Part shown: piece by piece, positions 1-12,703 of the stretch
Layout of the letters: the number at the start of each line of letters is the position of its first letter
Position numbering within the stretch: position 1 is the stretch's first letter
Source: Azolla caroliniana
Taxonomy: Eukaryota > Plantae > Polypodiophyta
Direction: 5' to 3'
Length of the DNA: 64,000 nucleotides
NCBI GenBank assembly: GCA_043228905.1
Contig: JBHGNT010000005.1
Span: 15,438,001 to 15,502,000 of the forward strand
Notes under the pieces: model-generated
Seen by the model: only the letters and a program-made list of their open reading frames with translations
The model's database searches: none
Told to the model about the DNA's origin: nothing
Position numbers and translations under genes: made by a program

Positions 1-215
1 TACCACAACAGCTAATTAGCTAAATGAGAATATGATCATAGCTAACTAGCTACTTGAAATAGCTAATTAGATGTTGGTACTAGCTAATTAGGTACCACTA
101 TAGTTAATTAGCTACATCAAAATGGGTAATTAGCTAAAACCGAATGACAATAGCTAACTAGCTACTGGTAATAGCTAACTAGCTACACATTAAAGCTAAT
201 TAGCTACATCAGAAT
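1..215. repeat. Array of palindromic TAGCTAATTAGCTA units with ~10-20 nt variable spacers (continues at 5349-5400 after element A)
   Basis: Repeated agctaattagct/agctaactagct. The unit 'agaatatgatcatagctaa' at 27-45 is recreated when element A is excised. Confidence 0.9.
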
Positions 216-3200
216 TGTGCGGAAATAATGCTCGGCCATAACCGAGTCTTCAACAAGGAATAGAAGAGAACAAACTGAAACTAAGATGACACAGAATGTT
301 TCCATGGAAAACGCTAAACGGGAAAAACCACGGGAGCCCATGGACTCCAACTATCACTATGAGAGGAGGAATACAAAGTGAGACTCAAAGGCAACAACCT
401 CGAGCTCTATGTCTTCGACAATGGCGATTACAAATAGAATACCAGTTCTTTATCTGTGTGTGTGTGTGTGTGTGTGTGTGTATACAACAACTCTACAACA
501 ACTCACTATAACCATATCCCTATAATAAAGGGATTGCCCTAACTCATATTTATACTTATATGACATTTGGGCTATTTACAAATATAGCTTCGATGGGCTA
601 ACTATAAAAAATATTTACACATATGTCCTTGAATCCGGTTTGCACCAGATCCATTCGGATTCACTCGATACAGTTTCCGGGTCTCATCCGAAACCCTTCT
701 GAATCTGGTTCCTTCATCTGGCTCGTCAAATCCAGCTCCTTCGGAACCCTTTTGGATCTGGTTCCTTCATCCGGCTCCTCCGGATCCCATCCAGAGGGAC
801 CGAATTCCCAACAAATTCCCCCTTTAGTTCAGAATGGGATTTCTTGTTAATCTGATCCGTCTTCAGCACCCGTCCAACTTGTCGGTTACAAGCACCTTGG
901 TTAGCAAATCTGATCCATTCTCCTTCATGTGGATCTTCGTCAGCACGAAGTCTTGATCTTCTACTCTCTCCCGGATCCAATGATACCTCCGTTGTATGTG
1001 CTTCGTCCAGGAATGGTAGGTCGCATTCTTCGCAAGTTGGATGGCACTTTGACTATCGAAATAGAGCCGGATTCCTCTTGCCAGATCCCTAGCTCTCCGA
1101 TGAAGTTCTTCATCCAGATTATCTCTTTGCCGGCTTCCAAAGCTGCCATGCACTCCGCTTCCATTGTCGATAGTGCAACGGACTTCTGCAACCTCGACTG
1201 CCATGATACAGTTCCCTCTACATAGGCCATGTCATATCTGGATGTAGACCGGCTGGTATCCGCATCAACGGACATATCCGAATTTGTGAATCTGTCAAGT
1301 TGGGGTATACCGAAGCCAAACCGGAGAGAAATACTCGAGGTGCCTTTCAAATACTGGAGTATCCACTTGACCGCATTCCAATTCTCTTTTCCTAGATTGC
1401 TCATGAACCGGTTGACTACTCCGACAACATAATATGCAATATCTAGCCGGGTGCACACCATTGCGTACATTAGGCTTCCGACGGCAAAGGCATATGGTAT
1501 CTTTGTCATATCTGACTTCTCTGCCTTTGTCTTCGAGCTCTACTTTCCGGACAACTTGTAGTTTTCCGGAAGTGTCAATCCGACCGGTTTCGCCTCTGAC
1601 ATGTTGAACCTTTGAAGCACCTTTGTCATGTACTTCTCCTGTGACAACCACAACAGTTTCTTTGACCGGTCCCGGATGATGTGCATCCCTGGTATCTGTC
1701 TCGCCGAACCCAAATCTTTCATTGAGAAGGTCCGGTTCAAAGACTTCTTTAGCATTCGGATTTTGATTTGGTCTCGTTCGACAATCAACATGTCGTCCAC
1801 ATATAGAAGGAGTATCAAGAAGTCACCTCCGTCCAATTTCTTCATAAACATGCAATGATCAGATTGTGTCTTGTGGTACCCTTGGTTGCTCATGAAGGAG
1901 TAGAACTTCTGGTACCATTGCCAGGGGGCTTGCTTCAATCCGTATAAGCTCTTCTTTTGCCAGCATATGAGGTGCTCCTTGCCTTTCTTCTCAAATCCTT
2001 CTGGTTGTTGCATGTAGATCACTTCTTCGAGATCCCCATGTAGAAATGTCGTCTTGACGTCTAGTTGTTGTACCTCGAGGTCCATGCTTGCCGTTATGCT
2101 CAACACCGTCCGGATAGATGTCATCTTTACAACCGGGGCAAAGATCTCGTTGAAATCCACTCCTTTCTTCTATTCGAAACCCTTCACCATGATCCCAGTC
2201 CTTGTATCTCTGTGGATTTCCGGTGTTGGCCGGTTTCAGCTTGTACACCCACTTGTTCCGGAGTGCCCTCTTTCCTTTTGGCAACTCCGTCAGTTCGTAT
2301 GTGTGGTTCTCATACAGGGAATCCATCTCATCCTGCATGGCACTTAACCACTTGCAGTTGTGGGTGTATTTCCTTGCTGCTTCGAAGCTTTCTGACTCCT
2401 CCTCATCGGTCAACAACACATGTTCTGCATCCGGAAATTTCTTGGGGGCTCTTCTCTCTCGGAGAGGATATCTCCGACCTTGGTTTTCGGCAACCGGTTC
2501 CTCCGTCTGTTTGTCATCCAAATCCGATTCGGGATCTTGTCCGGTTCCAGTGTCTTCTTCTTCTGCTTCTTCTTCATTAGTCGGTTCCGTCTCTTGTCCG
2601 AATTCGGCCAGTTTGTCGAGTGCCATCCGGTTACCAGCTAACATCCAATGTCCAAATGGGTAAGTCCTTGTGTCCTCAAACCGGTTCATGTCGATCGATC
2701 TGGAGTCTATCATCTTCTTCTCTGACTCCCAGTCGGCAATGGTCTTGTCTTCCATGAAGACTATGCCCGACTCCAGAACACCTTCTTGTCGACCAGATCC
2801 CACACCTGGTAACTGAACTCATCATCGCCATATCCAAGGAATATGCATGGCCTGGACTTCGGATCCAGCTTTTCTCTCTTGTCCTTTTCGAAATGCACAT
2901 ATGCGAGAAACCCGAACACCTTCAAATGCCGGTAGGACACGTTTTTACCAGTCCATACTCTCAATGGTGTGTCTCCTTCCAAGGGTGTTGAGGGTGACCT
3001 GTCAATCACGTACGTCGCCGTCATCACCACGTTAGCCCAAAATGTCTTGGGTAGTTTTGCATGTGCAACCATCCTCCAAACTCTCTCCATTACGGTCCGG
3101 TTCATTCGTTCGGCCAACCCATTTAGTTCTGATGTCTTCAGCACGGTAAATTCCAGCCCGATTCCCTTCGATCGACAGTACTTCTCGAACTGCCCCTGGT

Positions 3201-5133
3201 ATTCTCCTCCGTTATCTGCTCGAACCGCTTTCAGCTTCCGATGGGTTTCCCTTTCCACTCTCGTGTGGAGCTCCTTGAAGATGGATAGTACTTGATCCTT
3301 CGTCTTCAATGGTGAGAGCCACAACTTCCGATTGTGGTCATCTATGAACGTCACGAAGTACTGCGATCAGGCATGTGACTTCGTGTCCACTTGACACACA
3401 TCGTTATGCACCAGCTCTAGTGGTGCATTCTGTCTCATCGGTTTTCTTGACTGGAAGGAGGTTCGGTTTTGCTTACCGGCCAAGCAATCGGTGCACTTCT
3501 CTAGATGCACATCTTTCACCTCCGGAATGAGGTTGTCTTCGGCAAGTCTTCTCGTCCCCCTTTGGCTCATACGGCACAATCTCTTGTGCCGCAGCTCACC
3601 GGCAGTGTCAGATGCTACGTTCTCTTCTTCCCGGCATATCCAGGCATGAATTAGGTATAGTGTGTTGATCTTCCAAGGTCGAGCCACGATCAGGCTTTCT
3701 TTGCATAATTTCATGACTCCGTTCTGGATGCTACCCGTGTAGCCTTCATCATCTAGCCGACCAGCTGATATCAGGTTCAACTAAACCTCCAGAACATGTC
3801 AAACTTCTTTCAATAGTAATTTGCATCCGATTGATGTTGTCAACAACACATCTCCTATTCCGACAATTTGGCATGTACCTTCATTCCCCATCCGGACACA
3901 ACCGTGATCTTCGGCTATGTAGGATGAGAAGCATTTTCGGTCCAATGTCAGATTGAACGATGCTCCGAAATTGACATGCCACATTTTCTCATCGCTGAAA
4001 AGGTTTAACTCATTCTCCTCGGTAATGAGCATCAGTTCTTCTTCACTTGTCGTGATCGTCGATGTTCCTCTTCTCTCTGAAATCTTCTTCGATTCCTGTT
4101 CGTCGGCTCCCCCTTTGGATTTTCAGAAGTGTCAGCAATTCTTCTGGAAGTGCCCCGGCTTTGCGCAATAAAAGCAAGTGGGCATTCCCCTTGACTTCGA
4201 CCTCGTCCCTGATTTGTCCTGGTTTTGGGACTCCGATACCGGCCTCTTCCCCGGTAATGGTCATCTTTGGTGACCAATGCCTTCGGATCGGTTCCAAACT
4301 CCTAGTCCTTCCGGCGAGCTTCTTCATCTAGCAAGCTTAATTTTACCCTTGCTAGGGACAATTGCTTTCCTTCCGGCCTGGCGTTGCCAAAAGTGACAAC
4401 TAGTGTCTCCCAACTATCCGGGAGGGAGCCAAGTAGGAGCAATGCAAGTACCTTGTCAGCTAGAGATACTTCAAGCGAAGTTGTTTGGTTTATGAGCCCC
4501 TGAAATGCTTTCATGTGCTCCGCCATGCTGGATCCATCCTATACCAGAGTCTCACTAACTTCCGGAATACCGAAACCCAATTTACGACTTTTTTACTCTC
4601 CAGCATAGTGCCGATTTTCTCCCATAGTACATGAGCTTTAGTTTCTTCATTGAAGTTTTTATATAGGCTCATGTCGATGAAGCACCGAATGTACATCGTC
4701 GTCTTCATATGCATCACCTTCCATGTTGTGGCATAGATCTTTTCTGGCTTCTTGTCCTCGAATTGTACCGGAAGCCAGAGATCTTTGACCACAAGCATGT
4801 CCCTCATCTTCGACTTCCACACTGGGTAGTTGGAGCCCGTGAGCTTGAACATGCTACTAAATGACTCTTCCATTTTCTTGTTCGCTCTGATGCTAATTTG
4901 TGCAGAAATAACGATCGTCCACAACTCATTCTTCAACAAGGAATAGAAGAGAACAAACTGAAACCGAGATGACACATAATGTTTACGTGGAAAACCCCAA
5001 ATGGGAAAAACCACGACAGCTGACGAACTCCAACTATCACTATGAGAGGAGGAATACAAAGTGAGACTCAGAGGCAACGACCTCGAGCTCTATGTCTTCG
5101 CCAATGGTCGTTACAAACAGAAAACTAGTTCTG

Positions 5134-5169
<36 letters not shown>

Positions 5170-5348
5170 ATTGTATAGAACAAATCTACAACAACTCACA
5201 ATAACCATATCCCTATAATAAAGTGATTTCCCTAAGTCATATTTATACTTATATGACATTTGGGCTATTTACAAATATAGCCTCGATGGGCTCACTATAA
5301 AACATATTTACACATATGATCCCATTCGGACGGACCGAATTCCCAACA
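216..5348 (-). mobile_element. Element A: full-length but decayed Ty1/copia LTR retrotransposon (Tnt1/Tork-like)
   Basis: TG..CA LTRs 216-813 and 4899-5348. TSD AGAAT at 211-215 and 5349-5353. Degenerate Met PBS 4884-4895, PPT ~814-824. Copia domain order. Confidence 0.95.
824..4873 (-). pseudogene. Fragmented gag-pol of element A
   Basis: ORF pieces with gag (MEESFSSMFKLTGSNY), integrase (RADNGGEY), RT (LLLYVDDML) and RNase H (ALSTMEAE, TKHIQRRYHWIRE). Many stops and frameshifts. Confidence 0.93.
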
Positions 5349-6352
5349 AGAATATGATCATAGCTAATTAGCTACCACACTATGGCTAACTAGCTACATC
5401 AGATAAGAAAGTTACTCACTAGACTGCCTTCTTATTGCGCAGGTACATTTATTTATTAGGTTCAAGCGAAGGCATCTAAATATCAAACTTCAACTACGAA
5501 CATTCAAGTCTCTTAAGACACACTTTGTGAGACACTTAAAGGATCGATACACATGTTGTTGCATTTACCATGTGCAAATGGGTTTTCTCAAGGATTTTGT
5601 TAATCTACTACGTCACCCTAGCTCCTCCCTATAGGATGCAATCTGCACTTGTGAGTGCCCAATTTGTCGATCTAGCTTGCAAGAGCATTGTAAATCATCT
5701 CTTCCATGAGTGATCTTTTAGATTCAATATTGTGTTTGAGAGAATCTAAGGCTATCTTCCGCAATTATAAATGTGTCATGGGTTTATGTCAAGATTGTGG
5801 ACCTATTAGATTTAGGTGGTGTCCAAAAGAGTTGAGTAGTGAAATAGTAATCTTTGTCAAGTAATTTGAGTCTTTGGACACCAATTTCGAAGGAAAGGTG
5901 TGTAAAAGAAAGGATCTAGTTAGGAAGTCGCATAAACCAAGGGATTTGGCATCTCTATTTGTTGTATCTCTATGAATGTTCATTAAACACAACTTCATTT
6001 ATTCATGGCAGACCCATCAGTTTAAGACTTGCATATCTGATTTTCCAAATGATGTAGTAGGCTTAGTAGTAGATTTCGTAGAGAATTATACTTCCAAGCA
6101 ACAAATTGAAATTCAATCCATGCATTAGTGTTTAGTGCAAGTAACCAATTTTGTGCACACAACATATTTTCTAGTTTCAGGTGATGTTAAGAAAGTAATT
6201 CATTTTTTTATTTCTGATGATAAGAAGCATGATATCTTGTTTGTCCAACATTGTTTTAAGCTACATTGGCAATGGTTATTACGTAAACATTTGGAGTTTA
6301 CTCAACATTGGTATCTTTCTGTAACAAGTATTTTATTTTGTTCAGAGGTATC

Positions 6353-9300
6353 TGATAGGGTGTATAAGATAATAGATAGTTATACACTATATGAGGGCTT
6401 GACCAAACCGATTAGATGGAGTTGAAAATCATAATATATTATATAGCTCTAGGTAATTATGATTAGAGAGTATAACTCAAGAAACTAAGAAAAAAGATAG
6501 AGAAAGCGAGCAAGAAATAAGAATGTTCTGATATTCCAACATCAAGAGAATACAAAGGAGACAAACTCCACATTGAACTAAAACCAAAGACCTTCCTCTT
6601 CTAAGACACTTCCTCTTCCACAAAGACACTTCTTCCTAACACTCCTCATCCACTCTTTGGCCTTCACTCTTAGCCCCCTCCTCACTAATGTCACTTCTTC
6701 TTTTATAACCTTTCTCTTCTTATCCACGTTCATGCTATTTTTAGAAGCTTTTTATCTCCCTATTTTTTGCTATGACACATCGACCTTCTAATCGTCATAT
6801 CTCCCTCATCCGATATCCAAATTAAGCGATTTAAAAAGCTATAGAAAGCTCTTTTTACAAGCTTTCTAATCCATATTTAAACGTGATATTTGGATAAACA
6901 ACGAGGGAGTTATGACCATTCTATTTTTACTGTTTTTTATAGTCTGCGTTTTCTCTTTTTACTTTTCTCTTGGTCTCGTACTTTTACTTTTGACTTCTTC
7001 CCTAAGCTCTTAGTTCGTGTTCTTATCCTCCAAATGTGAATTATCCATACTTTATATCCATCTAGTGTTCAATGGTTTGAATCCAAAAAACACTTTCACA
7101 TTTAGCTCCCCCCCCCCCCCCCTTGCTTGTTGAGCGAACCATTTATGGTGAGCCGAAGATAAAAAGAATAAAAAAAAACTCCTTCGCCTTATGGTAGGCT
7201 ATAGACAAAGAAGGAGAGAAGAAAAAGAAACAAACTATGTGAGTAAAACCCCCGCTAGTCGGTAGGAAAAACCTCACACTCCTAGACACACCCACACACA
7301 CATTGACAATTCCATCATCATCTTTCTCCTTGTCAACACAAAGAAAGAGGTTACCACAATCATTATGTCTTCGTTAACTCTCCAAAGACTAGTAGGGCCA
7401 TGGGATACATCACTCTTGATAGCAGTAAGCATGTCAACATATAAATGAATCTTTCGAGCGAGCGCACCTTTTGCACAAATACTTTCAAAGCTTCAAGACT
7501 TGTCGGAATTGTCATCTTTGTAATTATGTTAATCTTTGAATCATCCACATGAAATCCTTTTTGGCACAACATATTGTCCACACTACCTTGTTTTGTATAA
7601 ACAACCATTTTATCGACAATCTCATCTCGAGAAGGAAGTGAAAATTCATCTCGTTTGGTCGAATCATTCAAGGGTTTGAAATTGATCTCATTCTTCTTTG
7701 GAACCAAAACTATAGGTGACACACACCTCAAATCTTCCATCTTATAATTGGAACTTTCTTGTAACCATGCGTTGAACTCTTGCATAAATTCTTCCTTTTG
7801 TTCAACACTCAATTGCCGAAGCTTTGGGGAAATTGATACACTTTCCTTCAAGTTGATGTGGTATTTGTTGCAAGCTTCTCCTCTTATTCCAAAACACTTG
7901 ATGAACACATCCTCCACTATGCTTGTGCAATGCACCACTCCACTATCTACTACAACCACCCTTGTTGAAGATGACCTACTAATAGGAATTCCTACTTGGT
8001 TTACTACAAATTCAGAAATCAAGCTTACCCTAGCACCACTATCACCCAAGGCATCTTTGATGTGAACCCCTTTGATGGAGACAGGGATGATTGGACGTAT
8101 GTCCTTTCGATCTTCTACTCGCATGATCCCCACGTAATGCACGGTCTTTTGACTTTGGCAAATACTCACAAGCCTCCCCCACTCATTTTGTAATGTGGAT
8201 GATAATTGGAGAAGTTGCGGCCATGTTATCCTTGGTCCACTCGATATCAATTCATGCTTCCGATTGAAAGATTCTACACCTTCTCCCATAGGAATATCCT
8301 CCATCTTTATCTTCCTTCTAGAGTGTCTCCTTCTCAATTTGTCCTCTTTCTCATTCTCCTTAGACTTCTTCTTTTGTCTTGAGTCACTAGATTCTCCTTC
8401 AACTTCTTTCTCCTTTTGCGAGGCTCTTGTCCTTTTCACAAGAGCTACTTCACAAGCACTATCACTATCATCAATAAAATTAAGAAGATTCACATTATGA
8501 GGAATTGTAGGAACCTGAGTCATTGGAAGTGTTATGGATTCGCCTCCTTCGACTCCATTGTTGATAGGTCGTTGTCCATTCCGTTGCACTTCATACATGT
8601 CTCTTTCCATACCTCTTTGTTGTCGATGAGGACATCTTGTTGAGATGTGTCCCTCCTCTTGACAAGAATAACAAATTACACCGTGATGCCCTCTAGAGCC
8701 ACCACTATCGGGAATAGTGTTGTGAATTGCTTGGGATTGTCGCAAGTGGGTCATCACTTCATCAAAGCGCCGATTTACCAATGCCATGGTATCTTGTTCA
8801 CTCCTCACTTGTTCAACTTCTTGGGATATACTTGTTGGGTTTATTGTTGTGGTGGTATACACATTTGGAAACACTTGTCCCCCATGCACAATTGAAGATG
8901 AGGCTTGAAAGTTGGCACGAGGCATCAAATTTGCACCCAAAGCCGTCATTTGGGGATCCCCCAAGGAGCTCATCATCTTCACTTGTCGATCATAAGCTTG
9001 ACAAACTTGGATAAGAGCTTGAAACGATGTGGGATCCTTCAAGTTTGCTTCCAAACGGAAATACATATCAAGACCCATCTTGAATTGTTCTATCTTAAAC
9101 CACTCGTCTTCGGTGCCACCACGAAGACGAATCCACGTCGTCCACAATTCTTGGAAATTTCGTTCATACTCTAAAAAACCAAAAGGTGATTCCATCTTTA
9201 GTTGAAAAAGCTCCTCCCTTACCTCAGTTGCACTTTTCCATTGAATATATCTTGTACGAAATTGATGCACCAATAATTGATATTCTCCTTGTTCATTTTG

Positions 9301-10300
9301 CGAAAGAGAGTCATACCAATCTCGAGCACGACCATAGAATGTAGCTACCAACAAGGGCAACTTTTCGTTGTCGGTGATGCGTCCAATAGATATGGCATGA
9401 TGCTCAAAGCATGCCAAAAAGGCACCAGCATCTTGTGTTCTTTCACCCGAAAATGCAAATTGCATAGCTAAGTTAATGTAATATAGTAACACAATTAAAT
9501 GATAACTTCTCTTCCTATACGGAAAGGATCGACCCTCCCTGGAGCGCCAAAATGATAGGGTGTATAAGATAATAGATAGTTATACACTATATGAGGGCTT
9601 GACCAAACCGATTAGATGGAGTTGAAAATCATAATATATTATATAGCTCTAGGTAATTATGATTAGAGAGTATAACTCAAGAAACTAAGAAAAAAGATAG
9701 AGAAAGCGAGCAAGAAATAAGAATGTTCTGATATTCCAACATCAAGAGAATACAAAGGAGACAAACTCCACATTGAACTAAAACCAAAGACCTTCCTCTT
9801 CTAAGACACTTCCTCTTCCACAAAGACACTTCTTCCTAACACTCCTCATCCACTCTTTGGCCTTCACTCTTAGCCCCCTCCTCACTAATGTCACTTCTTC
9901 TTTTATAACCTTTCTCTTCTTATCCACGTTCATGCTATTTTTAGAAGCTTTTTATCTCCCTATTTTTTGCTATGACACATCGACCTTCTAATCGTCATAT
10001 CTCCCTCATCCGATATCCAAATTAAGCGATTTAAAAAGCTATAGAAAGCTCTTTTTACAAGCTTTCTAATCCATATTTAAACGTGATATTTGGATAAACA
10101 ACGAGGGAGTTATGACCATTCTATTTTTACTGTTTTTTATAGTCTGCGTTTTCTCTTTTTACTTTTCTCTTGGTCTCGTACTTTTACTTTTGACTTCTTC
10201 CCTAAGCTCTTAGTTCGTGTTCTTATCCTCCAAATGTGAATTATCCATACTTTATATCCATCTAGTGTTCAATGGTTTGAATCCAAAAAACACTTTCACA
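6353..10300 (-). mobile_element. Element B: young non-autonomous Ty3/gypsy-derived LTR element (3948 bp)
   Basis: 748-bp LTRs at 6353-7100 and 9553-10300, identical by eye. TSD GTATC at 6348-6352 and 10301-10305. tRNA-type PBS TGGCGCTCCAGGGAGGGTC (~9531-9549, non-Met). Poly-G PPT ~7101-7122. Confidence 0.96.
7363..9465 (-). CDS. Gag-protease-internally deleted RT fusion of element B (~700 aa; no YxDD, RNase H or integrase)
   Basis: Uninterrupted ORF with gag core, zinc knuckle CYSCQEEGHISTRC, aspartic protease ALGDSGARVSLIS, and RT fragments SPIVLVPKKN / NFKPLNDSTKRDEFSLP / GFHVDDSKI. First ATG at 9465. Confidence 0.88.
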   Translation of the reverse strand: MQFAFSGERTQDAGAFLACFEHHAISIGRITDNEKLPLLVATFYGRARDWYDSLSQNEQGEYQLLVHQFRTRYIQWKSATEVREELFQLKMESPFGFLEYERNFQELWTTWIRLRGGTEDEWFKIEQFKMGLDMYFRLEANLKDPTSFQALIQVCQAYDRQVKMMSSLGDPQMTALGANLMPRANFQASSSIVHGGQVFPNVYTTTTINPTSISQEVEQVRSEQDTMALVNRRFDEVMTHLRQSQAIHNTIPDSGGSRGHHGVICYSCQEEGHISTRCPHRQQRGMERDMYEVQRNGQRPINNGVEGGESITLPMTQVPTIPHNVNLLNFIDDSDSACEVALVKRTRASQKEKEVEGESSDSRQKKKSKENEKEDKLRRRHSRRKIKMEDIPMGEGVESFNRKHELISSGPRITWPQLLQLSSTLQNEWGRLVSICQSQKTVHYVGIMRVEDRKDIRPIIPVSIKGVHIKDALGDSGARVSLISEFVVNQVGIPISRSSSTRVVVVDSGVVHCTSIVEDVFIKCFGIRGEACNKYHINLKESVSISPKLRQLSVEQKEEFMQEFNAWLQESSNYKMEDLRCVSPIVLVPKKNEINFKPLNDSTKRDEFSLPSRDEIVDKMVVYTKQGSVDNMLCQKGFHVDDSKINIITKMTIPTSLEALKVFVQKVRSLERFIYMLTCLLLSRVMYPMALLVFGELTKT

Positions 10301-11565
10301 GTATCCTTCTATAACAGGTTTGGAGATGAGATGGACTTTTTTTGGGTCTGGCCATGGTAAAGGTGAACATGATGGAGTAGGTGCAGTTATTAAGCAGACA
10401 CTTACCCATGAACAACTAAAGGCAAATGGTGTGCATATGAATTGTGCAACACATGTAGTCGAATTTTTAAGAACTAATATGTCAACGAGTGCAACTGGTG
10501 TTTATTCCTTGCACGTCCGAGATATCAAACACATATTTTGGGAAGTAAGCACAAATGAAGTAAATAGGGAGAAGACATGGGAGTGGCAAGGAATTCCCAA
10601 ATTGCAATCTCCATGTTGTTCAGGTTATTCTAGGTTGGATGGTCATTGTATTGCGGTTAGAGAATTAATTTGTTTTTGCTTCAATTGTGTGCAGGAAAAT
10701 TGGAGGCATTGTTTAAACAAAGCATATATACATTGAATGATAAGGAAGTGACCGATGAAGAAACAGAAAACAATGCTGACTTCACATATCAGGGATGTGC
10801 AAATACTCTGAGTGACATCATAACCATTAGGGATAAATTCTTGTAAATGCAGAAGATAGCAATTCAGAGGGTGTTGATTTCTATATATTGAAGTGCACAG
10901 TTTGTAAACAATGTGCAACACAGAATATTGTAGATGCTTGGGGTAATTTTGTACATGACCAATCATTCTACATCGGAGATATTTTTTATGAAAGTCTAGA
11001 TGATTACGATTATGTGTACAGGCTTTTTGAAGAAAAACCAGTAGCGTACATGTACTCTCATTTGGTCAGGTGCATCAACGTCTCGATGTCGCAATACGAT
11101 AGTTGCTTAGATTTATACACAGTTAGTGTTATTATGTATCAATGTATTCACAACAATATGCCATGGAATTTGTAGCTATTGTGAGATCATACCAGTTTTC
11201 TTGTAAAGTGGACAAAGTAGTATTGCAAGAAAGCAATTTAATAATTTGGGAGTCTTCTTTCTGATATACAGATTTCTTTCTATTTTTGTTTCTTAATAAA
11301 ACCTGTTAAATGTGTATTTACTGTCAGTTTTAGTGTTTGCTCAATGTGCAACGTTAGTTTTATACTGTCGGTAATGGTTTTTTACTCGAGTCAAGTGAAT
11401 CATGTACAAGTTCAAACAGTTTGCCATTCAAAGAACAAGAAGCAGCATGAAATCAAAATTGAAGAGTGGAAATTTTACTCAAAACAAGGGATTTAATTCT
11501 TCATTGATTAATCTATCACCAAATTACATATTTATAATACACCATTGGTAGGTTCTACAAATCAC

Positions 11566-12078
11566 TTATAAATAGCTAAGCACTTGCTGGTCAGTGGAGC
11601 TTCTGTACATATGTGATCTCCATAACCATGCAGTTAGTTGACATCTCAAAGTTTCCACCAAGTAGTTATCAAACATTTCCTCGGGTACAATGAGACAATA
11701 TCTACAAAGGTTGAAGTCATGCCGGAAATGTTCTATATCCACAATCACCGTATTATCGGCATTATATTTTGTCCAGGTATCCCAAAAATCAAAAAGTTTT
11801 TTCAGCCGTGCAATATCCTTCTACTCACATTTTGCTCCTGTCCATTGACCCTTGAAATGTTGTCGCCACTTCGGGAAGAATCTTTCTACACACTTCCACA
11901 CATTTGAACGTGGTTTTTCACTCCAAATAAACAAATCAAAGTATTGCACATACCACTCTAGAAATTGATTCGTATCCCTTCTTGGTGTCGTATATCGCAC
12001 ATTCATCATCACTTTATCAACCTCCAAGATCAAGGCTCTTCTTTCGTCTTCTAATGGTTTAGGTTTCCATTCCTGCAA
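11566..12078 (-). pseudogene. NIF/FCP1-like HAD phosphatase domain remnant (UBLCP1/CTD-phosphatase-like), catalytic motifs altered
   Basis: ORFs 11821-12078 and 11566-11748 are in frame, separated by one TAG. They read RALILEVDKVMM, RRDTNQFLEWYVQYFDLFIWS, LKKLFDFWDTWTKYNADNTVIVDIEHFRHDFN and DNYLVETL, in NIF motif order. Confidence 0.62.
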
Positions 12079-12703
12079 CTTAGCTTATGTTACATCAACT
12101 ATTGGTAGCACACAATCAATTTCAATCAACTAAGGTTCTGTTGACACAATTGGTATTCTTTTCCTTCCAAACCCCTGGTCGATTGTGTCGTGGGGTCTAG
12201 CTTCACATTGTTTTCCTCTTGTGCAGTCGCTAGGCGTGGCTTCACCCTTTCTTGCTCTTGTATAGTCGATTGTGTCTTCGGGCCTGCTATAAGATTTGTG
12301 CATGTAGATTCTTTTGTGGTCAATATCAGCCCACTGATATCACATGTTGCATCAACTTGCAAAATCAAATCATTTGCGCAACATGCTTGATCTACTTGCA
12401 TGACCAAATCATTTGTATCAACATCTACATCTACTTTCAAGATGGGGCCCTCTTGCTTCTTTCCCCCATTCTGCAAATGTGTCCTCCTTCGACAACCTTG
12501 TTGGGATTACGGTCCCTTCTCATGGGATGGTCGGACACCGGAGATGGATGCCGACAAGCCCGGTTTCGGTTTCGGATCCGGATGACGAAGACCCCGGTTT
12601 CGGTACCGGATGACGAATGTACCCGGAGAGCGATCCGGATGCAGGGACATATCCGTGAATATGTTCGCTATGGGCCTCTGAGGCTACAGTTGTAAATAGC
12701 CCA

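Larger units (their letters stand above)
5443..11175 (+). pseudogene. Decayed Sola2-like DDD DNA transposase, interrupted by element B at 6353-10300
   Basis: Manual translation gives TFKSLKTHFVRHLKDRYTCCCIYHVQM, CVMGLCQDCG, VVDFVENY..Q.EIQSMH*..Q.T and ISDDKKHD. Across the B insertion it reads FYFVQRY|PSITGLEMRWTFFGSGHGKGEHDGVGAVIK. Candidate splice acceptor (ttgcgcag) ends at 5442. Family assignment from recalled motifs. Confidence 0.75.
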
